A stretch of 63,040 nt of DNA, filler included, from Choristocarpus tenellus KU-1152 (Eukaryota > Protista > Phaeophyceae): assembly GCA_964200185.2 (NCBI GenBank). It is 13 parts of 13 records of this genome, joined end to end, with 100 filler letters (N's around TTAATTAATTAA, not from the genome) between each part and the next. Parts side by side here need not be neighbours in the genome. Positions count along the whole stretch, not along the records: positions 1 to 3,608 come from CAXNAD020018980.1; positions 3,709 to 10,677 come from CAXNAD020006944.1; positions 10,778 to 17,209 come from CAXNAD020008150.1; 10 more parts are not named here. One strand, 5' to 3'. Made by a program: the position numbers and the translations under genes. Of the stretch, positions 1 through 12,452 are shown one piece after another. The notes beneath the pieces were generated by a model. It was given only the letters and a program-made list of their open reading frames with translations, was not told the origin of the DNA and made no database searches. The stretch's first letter is position 1; every line of letters begins with the position of its first letter.

Positions 1-247
1 CCTTAGAGGGTACGAGTTTTTCCCTGTTTGTCCATTTGGGACTTGGTTTCCCACTGGGTTTTAATGACATCTTACCTACTCCAAAATGTTTTGGAGTAGG
101 TAAATGTATACACTATGGAAAGGTGTATCCGGAACAAGGATATTGACATCTCTCTAAGAAGCACGATAGCCTAAGTTACATCAAAATTGTAACATTGGAT
201 TTGGCCCCCAAGTGGACGTGGCCCTACCCTCTAAGATAATTTGACTC
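1..247. mobile_element. MITE family A copy (left end cut by window edge), inserted into the left LTR of the gag-only element
   Basis: Colinear with 12195-12452 and 62292-62549; ends CTACCCTCTAAGATAATTTGACTC; internal palindrome TTACCTACTCC-AAAATGTTTT-GGAGTAGGTAA. Confidence 0.9.
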
Positions 248-523
248 TGGTCTCAATTCCACTTGACTGAACTTGTGGGGTGAGACAGGTCTAGACTGCA
301 ATTACTACTCCTATAGTGTGGGGTTTGCAATCGTCCACACTTATTTACTATGAATCACTCATTTACTTGTCTTAAGTATATCAAGTGTATCTTGGACATA
401 TGACATAAAAATCAATGGACACTAGTGAGTCAATACACATGATATATCTATCACTAGCTCTCCATCCTATTTCCAAATCTACTGGTGGTGTCTATAGTGT
501 ATCAGCACCACTATCTACGAACA
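248..523 (-). repeat. 3' LTR (truncated by MITE A)
   Basis: Direct repeat of about 2643-2917; preceded on the minus strand by a short purine-rich tract AAGGTAGAG. Confidence 0.85.
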
Positions 524-689
524 CTCTACCTTGCTACGCAGACACTATGCACCCTCAAAATCCACTTCTCTGAAAAATAGAGAAAAATAAACTTCTGCTA
601 GCTCTCTCAAAATCAATGCCACAAATACACCCCAACATCCACGTTGACGTTGGGTCTGTGCAGGTATTATAAAGGCAATCAATCTACCC

Positions 690-1140
690 ACCTGTCCTAT
701 TGCAGTCTTATGTGGAAACATCCCCAGGTAATTTCTCCTGCAGGTCCTTGGCAATGCCATGTTGCGTCTCCCAAGGTCCATGAAATGGCGGGGTCCTTAC
801 AAATACATGTAGCGTCTTCTACAATCAACAAAGCCTCCCAAGTAGATAACTACTGCTGGTCAATGGAACACAGATGCTACCTCATATCTACCGTCCTGTT
901 GTAGTCTCCAGTGGAAACGATATCGGATACTTCTCCTGCAGGTCCTTTGCAATACCATGTTGCGTCTTCCACAATCAACAAAATCTCCCTAGTATATCAC
1001 TACTACAAGTCACCGGAATACAGTAACATGGTGGGGCTGTTGCTTCCTATCCATCCTATCACAATCTCTACGAACACATTCTGGGATGTTTTCTATTGTG
1101 GGTCCTTAGCCATAACCAGTTGCGTCTCCCACGATCCACG
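690..1140. repeat. Imperfect internal repeats of the LTR element
   Basis: Four recurrences of GGTCCTT..CAATACCATGTTGCGTCT near 744, 792, 941 and 1101; two continue ACAATCAACAAA. Confidence 0.7.
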
Positions 1141-1583
1141 AAATATCCCTAGTGTAACGCCTAAAGTGAATCCTCGGAAAGGAGTAGCACTAATCAATTG
1201 ACTTCCTTACAACTGACATACCATACATACAAACAAAAAGTCTCTCCCTGCCTTTAATAGCTCTTCTATCAAAAGTCAGTCTGCATACAACATCACAGCT
1301 GTCACTTGGCTACTGTGGGTATGCACTAAATATACACAAAACAAATGAGGGACAAACTCAGATACAATCATTTTTAAGACAATAAACACAAGGGAAGACG
1401 GTCACAGGGGGAAATGTTCTCTTTCACCAAAATAGGAGCTGATAAAGCCTTCCAACCTGTCCAGTCTTGAGCTGATTTATTTTCTTCTTGGGTTCTATCT
1501 GGGGAAGGAGGAGTTTCTGCCGATACCATATGGGCTCTATCCTTAGCCCCCCTTCTGGAAGGTCTTCTTGTCCTCTCCCTGGC

Positions 1584-2510
1584 TCAAAAAGTAAGGGGAC
1601 ATTCATCTACTTCGTGACCTACCACTGTGCATCTCATGCATCTTCCACCTCGGTCTTCATCCTCTCCCAGTCTCGTTGAGGCACTAGTGTGCCGAGCTGT
1701 GTCAAGGTCGGGGCAGTCATTCTTCTTGTGGCCATCTTTGTCACTCATAAAACAGACTACGCAGCCATTTCTCATCCTTTCTGACAGCAGTCCCCCTTCC
1801 CGCACTCGCAACTAGAGCATGGCCGTTCCCACTTGATTTATTCACGTTGGTCGCTTGCAGGTCCTTAAACTTCGCCGCAACCATATCTTTCACTTCATTT
1901 ACAGTCTTGTTTCACCAAAATCGATGAAGCTCTTGATCTGGGGGTAGTTCTCCCCCAGCTTGTTAAGGATTGTGGCCACCGTAGTCTCCTCTGCGATAAC
2001 CTCGCCCATGGATTCCAGTCTGGTCGTCAGCCTGGACAGTTCAGTAAGCCTTGGCGAAGGGTCCTTTCTGTCGTCAATCATCAGGCGGTCAAGTTCCGGA
2101 CGTACACATCTTGTCTCCTGTCGGGTCTTAGCCATAAACGCTGCATCGAGCGTGTACCACCCTGCACTTGGGGATCCAGACGCAATGAACACATATAGGG
2201 CACGATCTTGGAGCACGATCAGCATGAGTTGCCAAGCTTTCTTGGCCCATGACATGGCCAGTCGCAGGTCACCATTGCTTGTCACAATTGGAGCAGGTGT
2301 TGTTGAAGCTCTTGTCACTTGATCTCCTTCATCGCTTTGTGAGCTTGACAATTTGACATCGACTGCATAGATGGGTCCCCCACAGATGATGTCCGGACCA
2401 TGCAGAGCGGTCTCACAGTCGTAAACTCCAAGTGTGGCCTGAGCCCTTGCTGCAAAAGCATGAAAGTCTTCGTCCTTAGCTTCCCTGTGAACGTGGGTAG
2501 GTTTGAGATC
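1584..2510 (-). pseudogene. gag: Copia-type Gag (UBN2/Retrotran_gag_2-like helical region plus two CCHC zinc knuckles), disrupted
   Basis: ELSRLTTRLESMGEVIAEETTVATILNKLGENYPQI fits the copia Gag core; knuckles CFMSDKDGHKKNDC (degenerate) and CMRCTVVGHEVDEC (intact CX2CX4HX4C); in-frame stop at 1899 and frameshifts. Confidence 0.82.
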
Positions 2511-2511
2511 T

Positions 2512-2536
2512 TTGGGTTAGGGTTAGGGTTAGGTTA
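2512..2536 (+). repeat. Interstitial telomere-type repeat (TTAGGG)n
   Basis: TTGGGTTAGGGTTAGGGTTAGGTTA at the point where gag-like similarity ends. Confidence 0.75.
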
Positions 2537-2626
2537 CGTAGTGTGTTGAAATATTCCACACTGGACCTGTGGCTGTGTGCCTTGATAGAGGACAATGAAT
2601 AGCTCGATGTAGATATACAATAGCAA

Positions 2627-2917
2627 TGTTACAACAGGCTTATGGTCTCAATTCCACTGACTGAACTTGTAGGGGGTGAGACAGGTCTAGACTGCAATTA
2701 CTATTCCTATAGTGTGGGGTTTGCAATCGTCCACACTAATTTACTATGAATCACTTATTTACTTGTCCTAAGTATAGCATGTGTATCTTGAACATGACAT
2801 AAAAGTCAGTGAGCACTAGTGAGTCAATACATATGATATATCTATCACTGGCTCTCAATCCTATTTCCTAATCCATCGGTGGTGTCTATAGTGTATCAGC
2901 ACCACTAACTACGAACA
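2627..2917 (-). repeat. 5' LTR (~290 bp)
   Basis: TGTT...AACA inverted termini; highly similar to 248-523. Confidence 0.85.
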
Positions 2918-3497
2918 GTTTTTACTCCTCTTTTCCACCCAAGTAGAGGAGTCCGTAACTATTTGAGGTACAACTTATTTCGTTTTAATTTTTTTAGAGT
3001 TGATTCTGTCTGTGTCCGTTGCTACCATATTATTTCCATATTAGTATTTGTGTTTATTTATATATTCTTCACTTCAGTCTAGGAAACCATCCCCAATCTG
3101 TGGTCAGAGGTGCTACACACTCCACTACTACTTTTTATATCAATTAATTGTAACATAGTTAACTGTTGTTGCACTATGACTAATGGTACCAGGTATGTTC
3201 ATGCTTTCTTGGGCGTCTCTTGGCAATGAATACTTACCACCTCGTTCTTGGTTCGATGTTTTTAACGTCTACTAACAGATATGGATAGTACAGGATTGTA
3301 ATTGGATAGTACAGATACGTACAATTCCCTAGTCCTGACTAAGTGGACATTGGATGGTCCAAATCAGATGGACATCACAAGAAGTCTGGTATCAATTTAT
3401 TTACAGTACATAGTAGGTGGTACTGCAGAGAGAGAGGTATACATTTCTTGGTCTATGTGTTGGACTCAACATCGATCGGTATTTGATTCAAACCAAA

Positions 3498-3537
3498 GAG
3501 TCAAAGTATCTTAGAGGGTAGAGTCGCGCCCATTTAA
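3498..3537. mobile_element. MITE family A terminus, interrupted by a hAT-like end
   Basis: GAGTCAAAGTATCTTAGAGGGTAGAGTCGCG, then an abrupt switch to the repeat also seen at 62829. Confidence 0.8.
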
Positions 3538-3608
3538 CAGGGGAATCTCAAAATTGAGGAAGGCGCGGGACTATGAGGATGTTTTTTTTGCGAAAACGGT
3601 CTTAAAAA
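3538..3608 (+). mobile_element. Putative hAT-like transposon end
   Basis: Begins CAGGGG; shares AATTGAGGAAGG.GCGGG.CTATGAGGATG...CGAAAACGGTCTT with 62829-62900. hAT label inferred from the CAG(G/T)G terminus only. Confidence 0.5.
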
Positions 3609-3708
3609 NNNNNNNNNNNNNNNNNNNNNNNNNNNNNNNNNNNNNNNNNNNNTTAATTAATTAANNNNNNNNNNNNNNNNNNNNNNNNNNNNNNNNNNNN
3701 NNNNNNNN
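3609..3708. other. Artificial contig linker (N44-TTAATTAATTAA-N44); 12 in total
   Basis: Same 100-nt spacer with six-frame stops also at about 10678, 17210, 24625, 30776, 33975, 37518, 42426, 47949, 52001, 55670 and 59389. Adjacency across linkers is not reliable. Confidence 0.97.
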
Positions 3709-5920
3709 CCCACAGATACTTTGAACCCTATGTGCCAAAAAGGCAGATCCGTGAGACAAGTCTGCAGTGAGAAGAGAATCTACAGAATGAAGAGCGCAGG
3801 ATCAGCTCCAGTATCAAGGACCGTAATTATTGGTTCAAGAAGGGACTCACATCCACATGTACATCACACTGTCTAGTTTAAGTCCTTTATTCCCGCTACA
3901 TACAATCTAAGACGATCAACCCCAAGAAGAAGAATACCCTAGGCTATGCAAATAGTCTAGTCCCCTTTAGTAGTATGGCGTGTCATCTTCATGTGTGATA
4001 TGAAACGGTTGGTGTGTTTTAAGCCCATAATCCCTTGCAACTTAATGTACCAATTTCTTCTACACATGGCTCCACAACATGTATTGTTTCCTATATATGC
4101 TGTACGATCTGCTCCTACATTAACAGTTTCAAGACACATATTCGCTCTCCCTGGTGAGGTCAGTACACACACTGTTTCTTGGTGTATAACGTTTGTCGAG
4201 GTTGGCATCTGGTCTTGTAAAATAAACCTGTGCATGTATACCACACTCATGTTTAATTGCAAATAAAGTATAGTTCATTATTATGCTCTCTGACATTTTG
4301 CACTTGTGCCAGGGGAAAAACCACTGGATGAAGTATAATATCTATAATTATGAAAACTCGTCACTTTTCAGAAATAATGTACTGAAGTCGAAACAATTGA
4401 CTATTCAAATAGCCCTATATATATGTACTATCCCCCAAAAAGTCAACACCGACGATTATTATCTCATCTTATTGGACGTGTATCAAAAAATTGGAGTATA
4501 AGTGTAGCAAAAAGAGTCTCCACAAACAAAAAGATAAAATAAGGGGAGAAATGCAAAGAATGCCCGAAACATATATTAAAAGGGGTTGGTCAATATAGTT
4601 AATTTCATTGAGAGAAGAGATAGAACGACGATCAGCTCCAACACCAACTACTCAATGCTATTCCCCCTTGGTCCCAGCATCGCTCACTGGTTCTCGAACT
4701 CGCCTCTTCCCACCTAGTAAAGGCATCCATGTTCCAGAAGGTTTCCCCCTCCCCCAAATACACTGCCTTGCACTCATCCGTGAAGCAATCGTCATGATAT
4801 AGGTGTATGCCCGAACCTCGCGTACTGAGGGCGATATGCAGCCTCGTAACAAGATCGGTTGTGGAGCTTGGCCGCAGGAATATTATGAAAGGAGTCGATG
4901 GATAACGCTCTCTGCCGTCTGGTGGCGACCAATCGTGACTATTACTGATGCCACAGAGACCACTGTGGTTTGCATCTTGCACCAACCCGTTGGAGAGTGT
5001 CCCTCTGAGTATTTCTGTGTCTCAATTTCACCCTGACCACAACTTGCAACCCCGAATTCCATTCACACACACCCGCACATCGAGCATATACTCCCGAAGA
5101 CGATGGGGGTGACTCCTAACATTGTTGGTGGAAACTCAACGTACATAATTCACATCGTCTGACACGATTAACTCTCTCGTAAGGAGGCATGGCAAACTCA
5201 CCACCTTCACCAGCCACGCTTCCAGTAGAGAGAGACACCGGAGCAAGAACGGAGGTACATGTGGAGACCCTATCGGCGGGGTTAACAGGCGAATCAGAGC
5301 CATTTTCACTTACCATGTTCTTGACCAGCGGCGAAGGTCTAACCGATTGTGTATGAACATCAGAAGAAGCAGTAGGACCATCTGACTTCTCTTGTTCGGC
5401 AACACACTTTGCCAGCTTCTCCATTCCCCTGTATGCACCCCCCTCACTTGAGAGCTTCCCTCCCATTCCCTAGGCTCTCATGTTGTGACTATATGGTCCA
5501 TTGTTGTTGGTGAGGACGGTATGAAATTTCGTGTGTACAGGAACACTTCGTATTATTGCTTCGCTCGTGGTCGAGTTGTGCTTCAAGGATTGTTGAAATT
5601 CAAGTGTCCAACAAGGTCTACTCTTAACGAGGAGCCCGATGGTGATTTTCTCTCTCTCCAGGGTCCTATAGAAGGATAACCATGTATGGAGTGTGCAGAT
5701 ACTACGTGTGATAGTTGTAGAGTAACTGTTTACTAACTTCACACATTAAGAATAAGAAAGTCTCTCCCTAACCCGACCGACGCCTCTTTCAATGAAGGAG
5801 CGACGTGCATGATCTAATGATGTGTACGTGTTCATCCTGCCCCCACCATCACCTTCTTTTGGAATACGACCCTCCCCGAGCCATCACACGCCATTACTCA
5901 TCACTAGGGAATCTGGAAGA

Positions 5921-7405
5921 ATGGTTGGAAAGGCAATGGTCTTTGTGTTGGCGGGATGCCTGACAGTTGCGACGTCCTTTGTGACGCCAGGGCTGCCAGT
6001 TGCTGCCAGGGCGTCTAAGGCATCCGCCCTGAAGATGAGTTCCCCGGACAACGCATGGCACAAGAAGGACTTCTGGATTGCCCCGTCCATCCTATCTGCT
6101 AATATGGCCAAGCTTGGGCAGGAGGTGGATGACGCCTTGTCAGCTGGCGCGGATATCGTCCACTTCGATGTAATGGACAACCACTACGTACCCAACCTCA
6201 CCATCGGGCCTCTTGTATGCAAGGCTCTTCGTGACCACGGTGTGACAAAGCCCATCGATGTCCACTTGATGGTTTCTCCTGTGGATCGCATTGTTGGCGA
6301 TTTTGCCGAGGCCGGGGCCTCATTCATCACTTTCCACCCCGAGGCATCTCCCCACGTCGACCGCACACTTCAGCTGATCAAGTCTCACGGTTGCAAGGCC
6401 GGTAGGCAATCTTGGGTTCGGGCTCATGATTTCTTTTGTTTTCCCATAGTCTTGTTATATCCTTTGTGAGGGGTGCCATGGTTGAAGGAATGATTTGGAA
6501 TCCCTACTCAATTTCATGATCTTGTGGTAAAGCCCACTCCATCTTTTCCTCCGTCACACACCCACTATCACGCTTCCCAACATTTTTTCCTTCCAGGTCT
6601 GGTGTTCAACCCTGCCACCCCCCTCGACCATGCCAAGTACGTGCTCGACAAGATTGATATCATCCTCCTGATGTCCGTGAACCCTGGATTCGGCGGACAG
6701 AGCTTCATCCCCAGCACCCTGGACAAGCTCCGTGAGGCGCGTAAGATGATCGACGAGTCGGGCTACGATATCCGTCTTGAGGTACGTAGGGGTGTATATG
6801 TTCAGGGGTTCCTGGGGGTGGTGTCACGTAGACCCTAGCGTATTCCTCAGAGTGATACAAAGTATTCAACGGGACTCGAACGTGGAAGTGTGCCCCAGTC
6901 TAACAAAGGGAAGCCCTCCCCCAAAGGAACACAGGAAATGTGGCAGTAGCTCGTCTTAAGCTGTTGTATGAAGCCTTGCTAGGAATATGTTGATGTTTCC
7001 CTTCAGGCAAATGCACAAGTGCAACCTAACAATTGCGACCTAACAAGCAAGATCCTCTGTTGAATAAACTCTCTGCTTCTCTATGCTTTAGCGCACAGAA
7101 GACAAATATTTTTTATGTCATGGCATTTTCCTGATGGAGCGATTGCCGAGTGCAAACTTCGTTTTTTGCTACCCTTCGGCTCCGCTCGGTATCTGAACTG
7201 CTCAACTTTCCTCTAAACACAAATTTTCCTTGCACAGGTGGACGGCGGATGCGGAGTCCAGAACATCAAGGAGATCGCCGAGGCTGGGGCAGACATGTTT
7301 GTGGCGGGGTCAGCGATCTACCATGAACCACGGAATGAGGAGGCATACAAGTCCACCATTGATACCATGCGGTCTGAGCTTGCTGCCGCAAGTATCGGGG
7401 CTTAA
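5921..7405 (+). CDS. RPE: Plastid-targeted ribulose-phosphate 3-epimerase, 277 aa; exons 5921-6401, 6597-6781, 7238-7405
   Basis: Motifs [60 protein letters not shown]. Two GT-AG introns join the exons in frame (481+185+168 nt). Signal peptide followed by ATS|FVTP (ASAFAP-type) and a transit peptide. Confidence 0.97.
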
Positions 7406-10400
7406 GCATCGAACTACCAAAAGTGGATGGGGGGAAAGAGGATTTATTCTCCTGTCCCCCCTTCTTCAACTAGGTGAGCAGACCTCAGAGGTAGAGTTGG
7501 CATGGGGTGGAAGATGGTCAGGGTTGTGATGTGTAATTGTACAGCTTGCTGTTGCTGGTTGAGTATGGTGTACAACTGTAAACCAACTGTAAACTGTTTC
7601 ATGATGATGGTAGGAATTGTTTGCTCGGGCTAGAACCCTCTCCTTCCTGTCCCCCTAGATCTGGCTCTAGTGTGAAGCTGCTTGAGGTAATCGACCTCAT
7701 TTGTGCATCTCACCTGTACCCAACTCCCCCGTATGTCACAATGTCTCAATTTGCTACGGTATTTCCTTTGCGTGGTTGCTGATGTGCATTGCTGAAAGGA
7801 ACTGCTTGGTAGCACAGAGGTGTAAAAAAAGATGAACCTGTCTTGCTGGGTCAATGGGGAGGGGGTTCATCTTAAGCTGTTTGCTGCAATACATACTCCA
7901 CTTGAGAATATGGGGGGCTGGAGGACACGACGTAAAGACAATGTTACTCTGCACCAATAAAGGATAATAGAGCAAACAACCACAGGTTTTGTGCAGTGGA
8001 AGAGGGGCAGGCAAGGAGTGTGCTGCGTTGTCTTGTCCGTGAGACCCACTTAAGTTTGTGTTTGGAGTGAAGGGTAAAGAGCCAGTGCCTGTTGTGTCTG
8101 GAGGCAATGAGTGAAAAGGTGCCCCTACTTGAAGATGGTGAAAGACGTCTTCATCATACCTTTTTTTTGCATGTAGACTTTCCTCCGTTAATTGCTGTGG
8201 ATTCACTCAACTCAAGAGGAGTATTTTGAAACCACCATTTTGGGTCTTTGTGTTGAGGAAGAGAGGGAGAAGGGCGGAATTGTATTTTGGGGGTTCTACA
8301 GTAAATAGATCACAATAAAAAAATCCCTTGTCGCTGACTCAACATCATCTGTATCGCAACAACTCCATGCAATGTTGTTATCGCCTGCCTGGATTGCGCT
8401 ACCCCTATTTCCTTCATTGTTCTGGCAAGTGCCAATGTTTCAACTGTCAGTTTCCTTTCGTGATGAGAGCCTGGTGCACCACTATCTCTTCTTGGGAAAT
8501 TTATAGCCCAATGTGTTGGTGGCATAATTTTACGGTAGAGGTCATGCTTTCCTCGTTGTCCCCGTGCGACTGACTGCCTGTCCAGTGCGGAGCATTCCGT
8601 ATTTCATGCAGTGGATGGGTTTTTTTGTATTACACTTGCCATTTGACAAGCTGCTCTTGTCGACTGGTGCAGGTGGGGGGGATATGTGGTGCATGTAGAC
8701 AGTGTGACTGACACCTGTGTCACACAAATGCCAAGACTGATTTTAGTCGTTTGCCGTGTTGGACTGATCTACTCTTTGTACACCTCGATGGTATTGGTTC
8801 TGTTTTAGGAGTGTGATATGGATTGATTCGACAGAGGATATTTTTGCAGGAGGAACCACGGTGCCTGGTATCATCTCCAATCTAGCTAGGTTTTATATTT
8901 CACTGAAGTCTAGTGGGAAGAAGTACAGGAGTCAATTTTGGTGGGTGGGGTGGTAGGTTAACTTGTCCAAGGCACCATTAGCAGTTTTGCATCTTCGACT
9001 ATTGAGCATACCTCCCCCCCCCCTCTTCATTCCGCGACATTTTTCCTGTGAGTAATTTTTCGTCAGCATAGATTGGATGTTATATGACGTTCCATTAGAA
9101 AATTTCTCGATTGATGACACACATGTATGTATGTAGCGTGTAAAACTCTCCCTCTCCCTCTATATGCATACATTTAAAAATGGCTTGTCATACTGCGAAT
9201 CAGAGATCAGGGGTGTATGTCATGGAGTGGCCTAGTTAACCTCGAGGGAAAAAGATCTCAGCCAATGCACAATATTTTGCAAAACCCCAACTTTGTCGAT
9301 GTGGTCGGATTGTGAAGAGTTCGTTACTCCTTACGTTTCTCCAGGTTCTTGCTTGGGATGTTGATAATCCCTTGCATATATTTAACAAAACCTTTGCCAC
9401 TTCCGGAAAACACAATGAATCCTCTCCGTCTGTGGTGGTCATGACTGGAATGGATGGCATTTCTTGAAGTACAAGACCTACGAGGATACTGAATCTTGTA
9501 AGCCAACACTCTTGGTGGTTGCAGCTGGTAAAGGAAAGTGCTTGAATATGAAAAGGGGGTGTAACGAATTAAATACATTTACTACAAGGCAAAAAAAATA
9601 ACCTGTCATTTCTTTCGAAGAGGATTCATTACAAAAAAATGTATGCATCCAAGAGGAGAATATTTAAGACACTAGTTTCTGATGTGGGGACATCCCTCCC
9701 AGACTGAGGGCAGATAGACCCTTCCTTGAGCTGTGCAATAAAACATTTTGGTTTCCTAATTCTCAATTTGCCACAGACAGTCACATACTTGGAGCACAGA
9801 TTCCAATTCCGTCCACCACTGACAGTGAAGCTCAAATAAGAAGAGAGTGGGAAGTGCTGTGTCCCTTGATTCAAACACAAAAAAGGATCTTCGCCTTTTA
9901 CAAGAGACCTCTTAACATAACGGAAACTCTGATGATGAGCCTGGCAAGCCACCTGGTTCTAGATCGCTGCAATGCCCTGTCCAATCAGCTACAAGGACCT
10001 CTGCTACGACCACAGATAAAACCAAGAAAACAGTTCCAAGAATACCAACCCAAATCCACATCAATGGCATGCACGAGTACCATTCATAATGAATGTTTTA
10101 CTTTACATGCCTAAACCCCCAAGCACAGTTGCAGCAACCATTTATTAAACAGGAAGGTGTCAGCAAGGTCTCCCTCTCCACAACTCATAACAAATCAACC
10201 TCCATGATGGCAGACCTTGGACCCTTAGACACCAGCCGCGCCAGGAACGCTTATCCTACGTATAGCCCACACCGCCCATAAAGGTTCGAGCATCAGGGAC
10301 CTGACCGCTGAACTCAGCATTGGAGAAATCAAAACCAGGGTGCTTGGGTTTGATTGCCCCCAGTTTTTGTGCAGGCGAAAAGGTGTGCGGGCAGATAGAC

Positions 10401-10777
10401 AAGACAGACGGGAAGGTTGGATTGAAGTTCTCAGAAATCAACTCAGAAAGTCGCCAGTTTCGGATTCAATTGAGATGGAAAAAATTATGTCACGATTAGG
10501 TGTTTTGGGGTTACACATGACAAGTGCCAAATCAGAGTCTACCTTGGAAACTGCAAACAAGCCTCTCTTTGTTAACAGTTTGCTAGCCCCATCCTTCGCA
10601 GGCACATTTCGAGGGAGCAACTTCCAAGCATGGGTGCATACACCGGTGAGGCTTGATGGGGGGTGGAGTGTGGTGTGNNNNNNNNNNNNNNNNNNNNNNN
10701 NNNNNNNNNNNNNNNNNNNNNTTAATTAATTAANNNNNNNNNNNNNNNNNNNNNNNNNNNNNNNNNNNNNNNNNNNN

Positions 10778-10903
10778 AAAGTATACATTTTACCTACTCC
10801 GAAACATTTTGGAGCAGGTAAAATGTCAATAAAAACCCATGGGAAGCCAAGCCCCACATGGACAAAGAGGACCAAATTTGTACCCTCTAAGATACTTTCA
10901 CTC
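10778..10903. mobile_element. MITE family A partial copy at contig start
   Basis: Internal palindrome plus terminus TACCCTCTAAGATACTTTCACTC. Confidence 0.88.
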
Positions 10904-12194
10904 TTTCACAATCTCTCTTTTTCATTACACATACTTACTGATCGTAATGAAATGACTAGCTTAGAAAACAATATATATTAAAATTCATTCCCCGCAAGTG
11001 ATGGAGACTTAGGTGGGTCGCAGTTATTTTTCGTTTTTGAGTGTGGAATGGTCCCCCACCATGATGTAATGACCATACACTCACCTCATTGTATGAAGAG
11101 TTAAGCCACCAACATTGTCCGTCCTAGTGTCCACTTGGAATATTGTCTCTTTGTTGTGAGCAATATTTCCAATCATATCAGAATGTGTGAGGATGGAGAA
11201 GTCATTGTGCACCCATCGACTATTGATCTCATCTGGTGTGTTGATTTCGATCACCTCATAAACACTTTTGTGATTTCAAAAATTGGAGTGTTGATTAAAT
11301 CATTGTAACACTCACTCGTTGAGCATCGCGAGATCGTAAATGCTACTCAACAGTTATTGACATATAGTAAAGTGTTTGCTCCTCCTTCCCCATTCTTGTG
11401 TATTGCCTGTTTGTAAAATATACCAGGGGCCTATATTCTGGACCCACAAACCGTCCAATTTCTACTTAGTTAGGCTGACCGCACTGCTGGTCACATAACT
11501 CAATTAGACCTTGAGCTTCATGATGCTTTGCTGACCACACTCGATCAACCTCACTCGTATTTAGGCTGAATGATACGCTGATTCCATACAATCAGACCTC
11601 GCGAAGATTGATTGCTATGCTTACCACACACCATCAATTTTCCGCTGATGATATCATTATTAGATAATTATAATAATATCATGTTCGTTCATGCATTCCA
11701 TTCAATTTCGTATTATTGAAGTTATATAATAAAATGGTGCCATAGTATGCTAACAGTCACACCTCTTTCCCATTTTCCTCCCAGACTTCACATGTTATTT
11801 TGTCCCAAATCATGCTTACATGGCTTTGAGGTCCATCAGACAAAGGGTGACGTGGAAAGCAGGATTGTCTGCCACCATATTATTTAATGGCTGCACCATA
11901 TACCGTCAGACAGTTTGATGTTCCCTCCCAGAAATTTGATGATCGTGGTGAATTACCACAATTCCAATGGAGGGTCATTCAGAGAGCAATCAATCGCTGA
12001 GGCATCCTTTGTTTGAGAGCTCCCACGTCTGAATCGCGATTCTCCCCTTTCATCACTCTATATACTTGAACTTGTCCAACCTTAGCCTTGTCCTCTCAGA
12101 TTTTACTGTTCGTCTTCATGTGTATGGTTCATGTTGCCTGGTGATTCTCTTCACCAACCCTTTGTGACTGAACCATACCAACACAACAACAATT

Positions 12195-12452
12195 GAGTGA
12201 AAGTATCTCAGAGGGTACGAGTTTTACCCTGTTTGTCCATTTGGGACTTGGCTTCCCACAGTTGTTTTATGACATTTTCCTACTCCGATATGTTTCGGAC
12301 TAGGTAAAATTTTCACGTTATGAAAAGGTGTGTCCGGAACAAGGATATTGACACTTGCCAAAAAACTCGATAGTCAAAATTACATCAAAATCGGAACATT
12401 GGAATTTGACCTCCAAATGGACGTGGCTCTACCCTCTAAGATACTTTGGCTC
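12195..12452. mobile_element. MITE family A, full length (~258 bp)
   Basis: TIRs GAGTGAAAGTATCTCAGAGGGTA ... TACCCTCTAAGATACTTTGGCTC. Confidence 0.92.

Larger units (their letters stand above)
248..2917 (-). mobile_element. Non-autonomous copia-type LTR retroelement (LTR-gag-repeats-LTR, no pol)
   Basis: Direct repeats 248-523 (truncated by the MITE) and 2627-2917 (TGTT...AACA termini) flank a minus-strand gag remnant. No protease, integrase, RT or RNase H motifs seen between them. Confidence 0.85.

Noticed and set aside
5822-6838. Bacterial contaminant rpe gene with frameshifts
   Set aside because: The interruptions are clean GT-AG introns and the protein has a eukaryotic bipartite targeting peptide; the true start is 5921, not 5822.
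7560-10677. Short ORFs downstream of RPE as genes
   Set aside because: No recognisable motifs or consistent exon chain.
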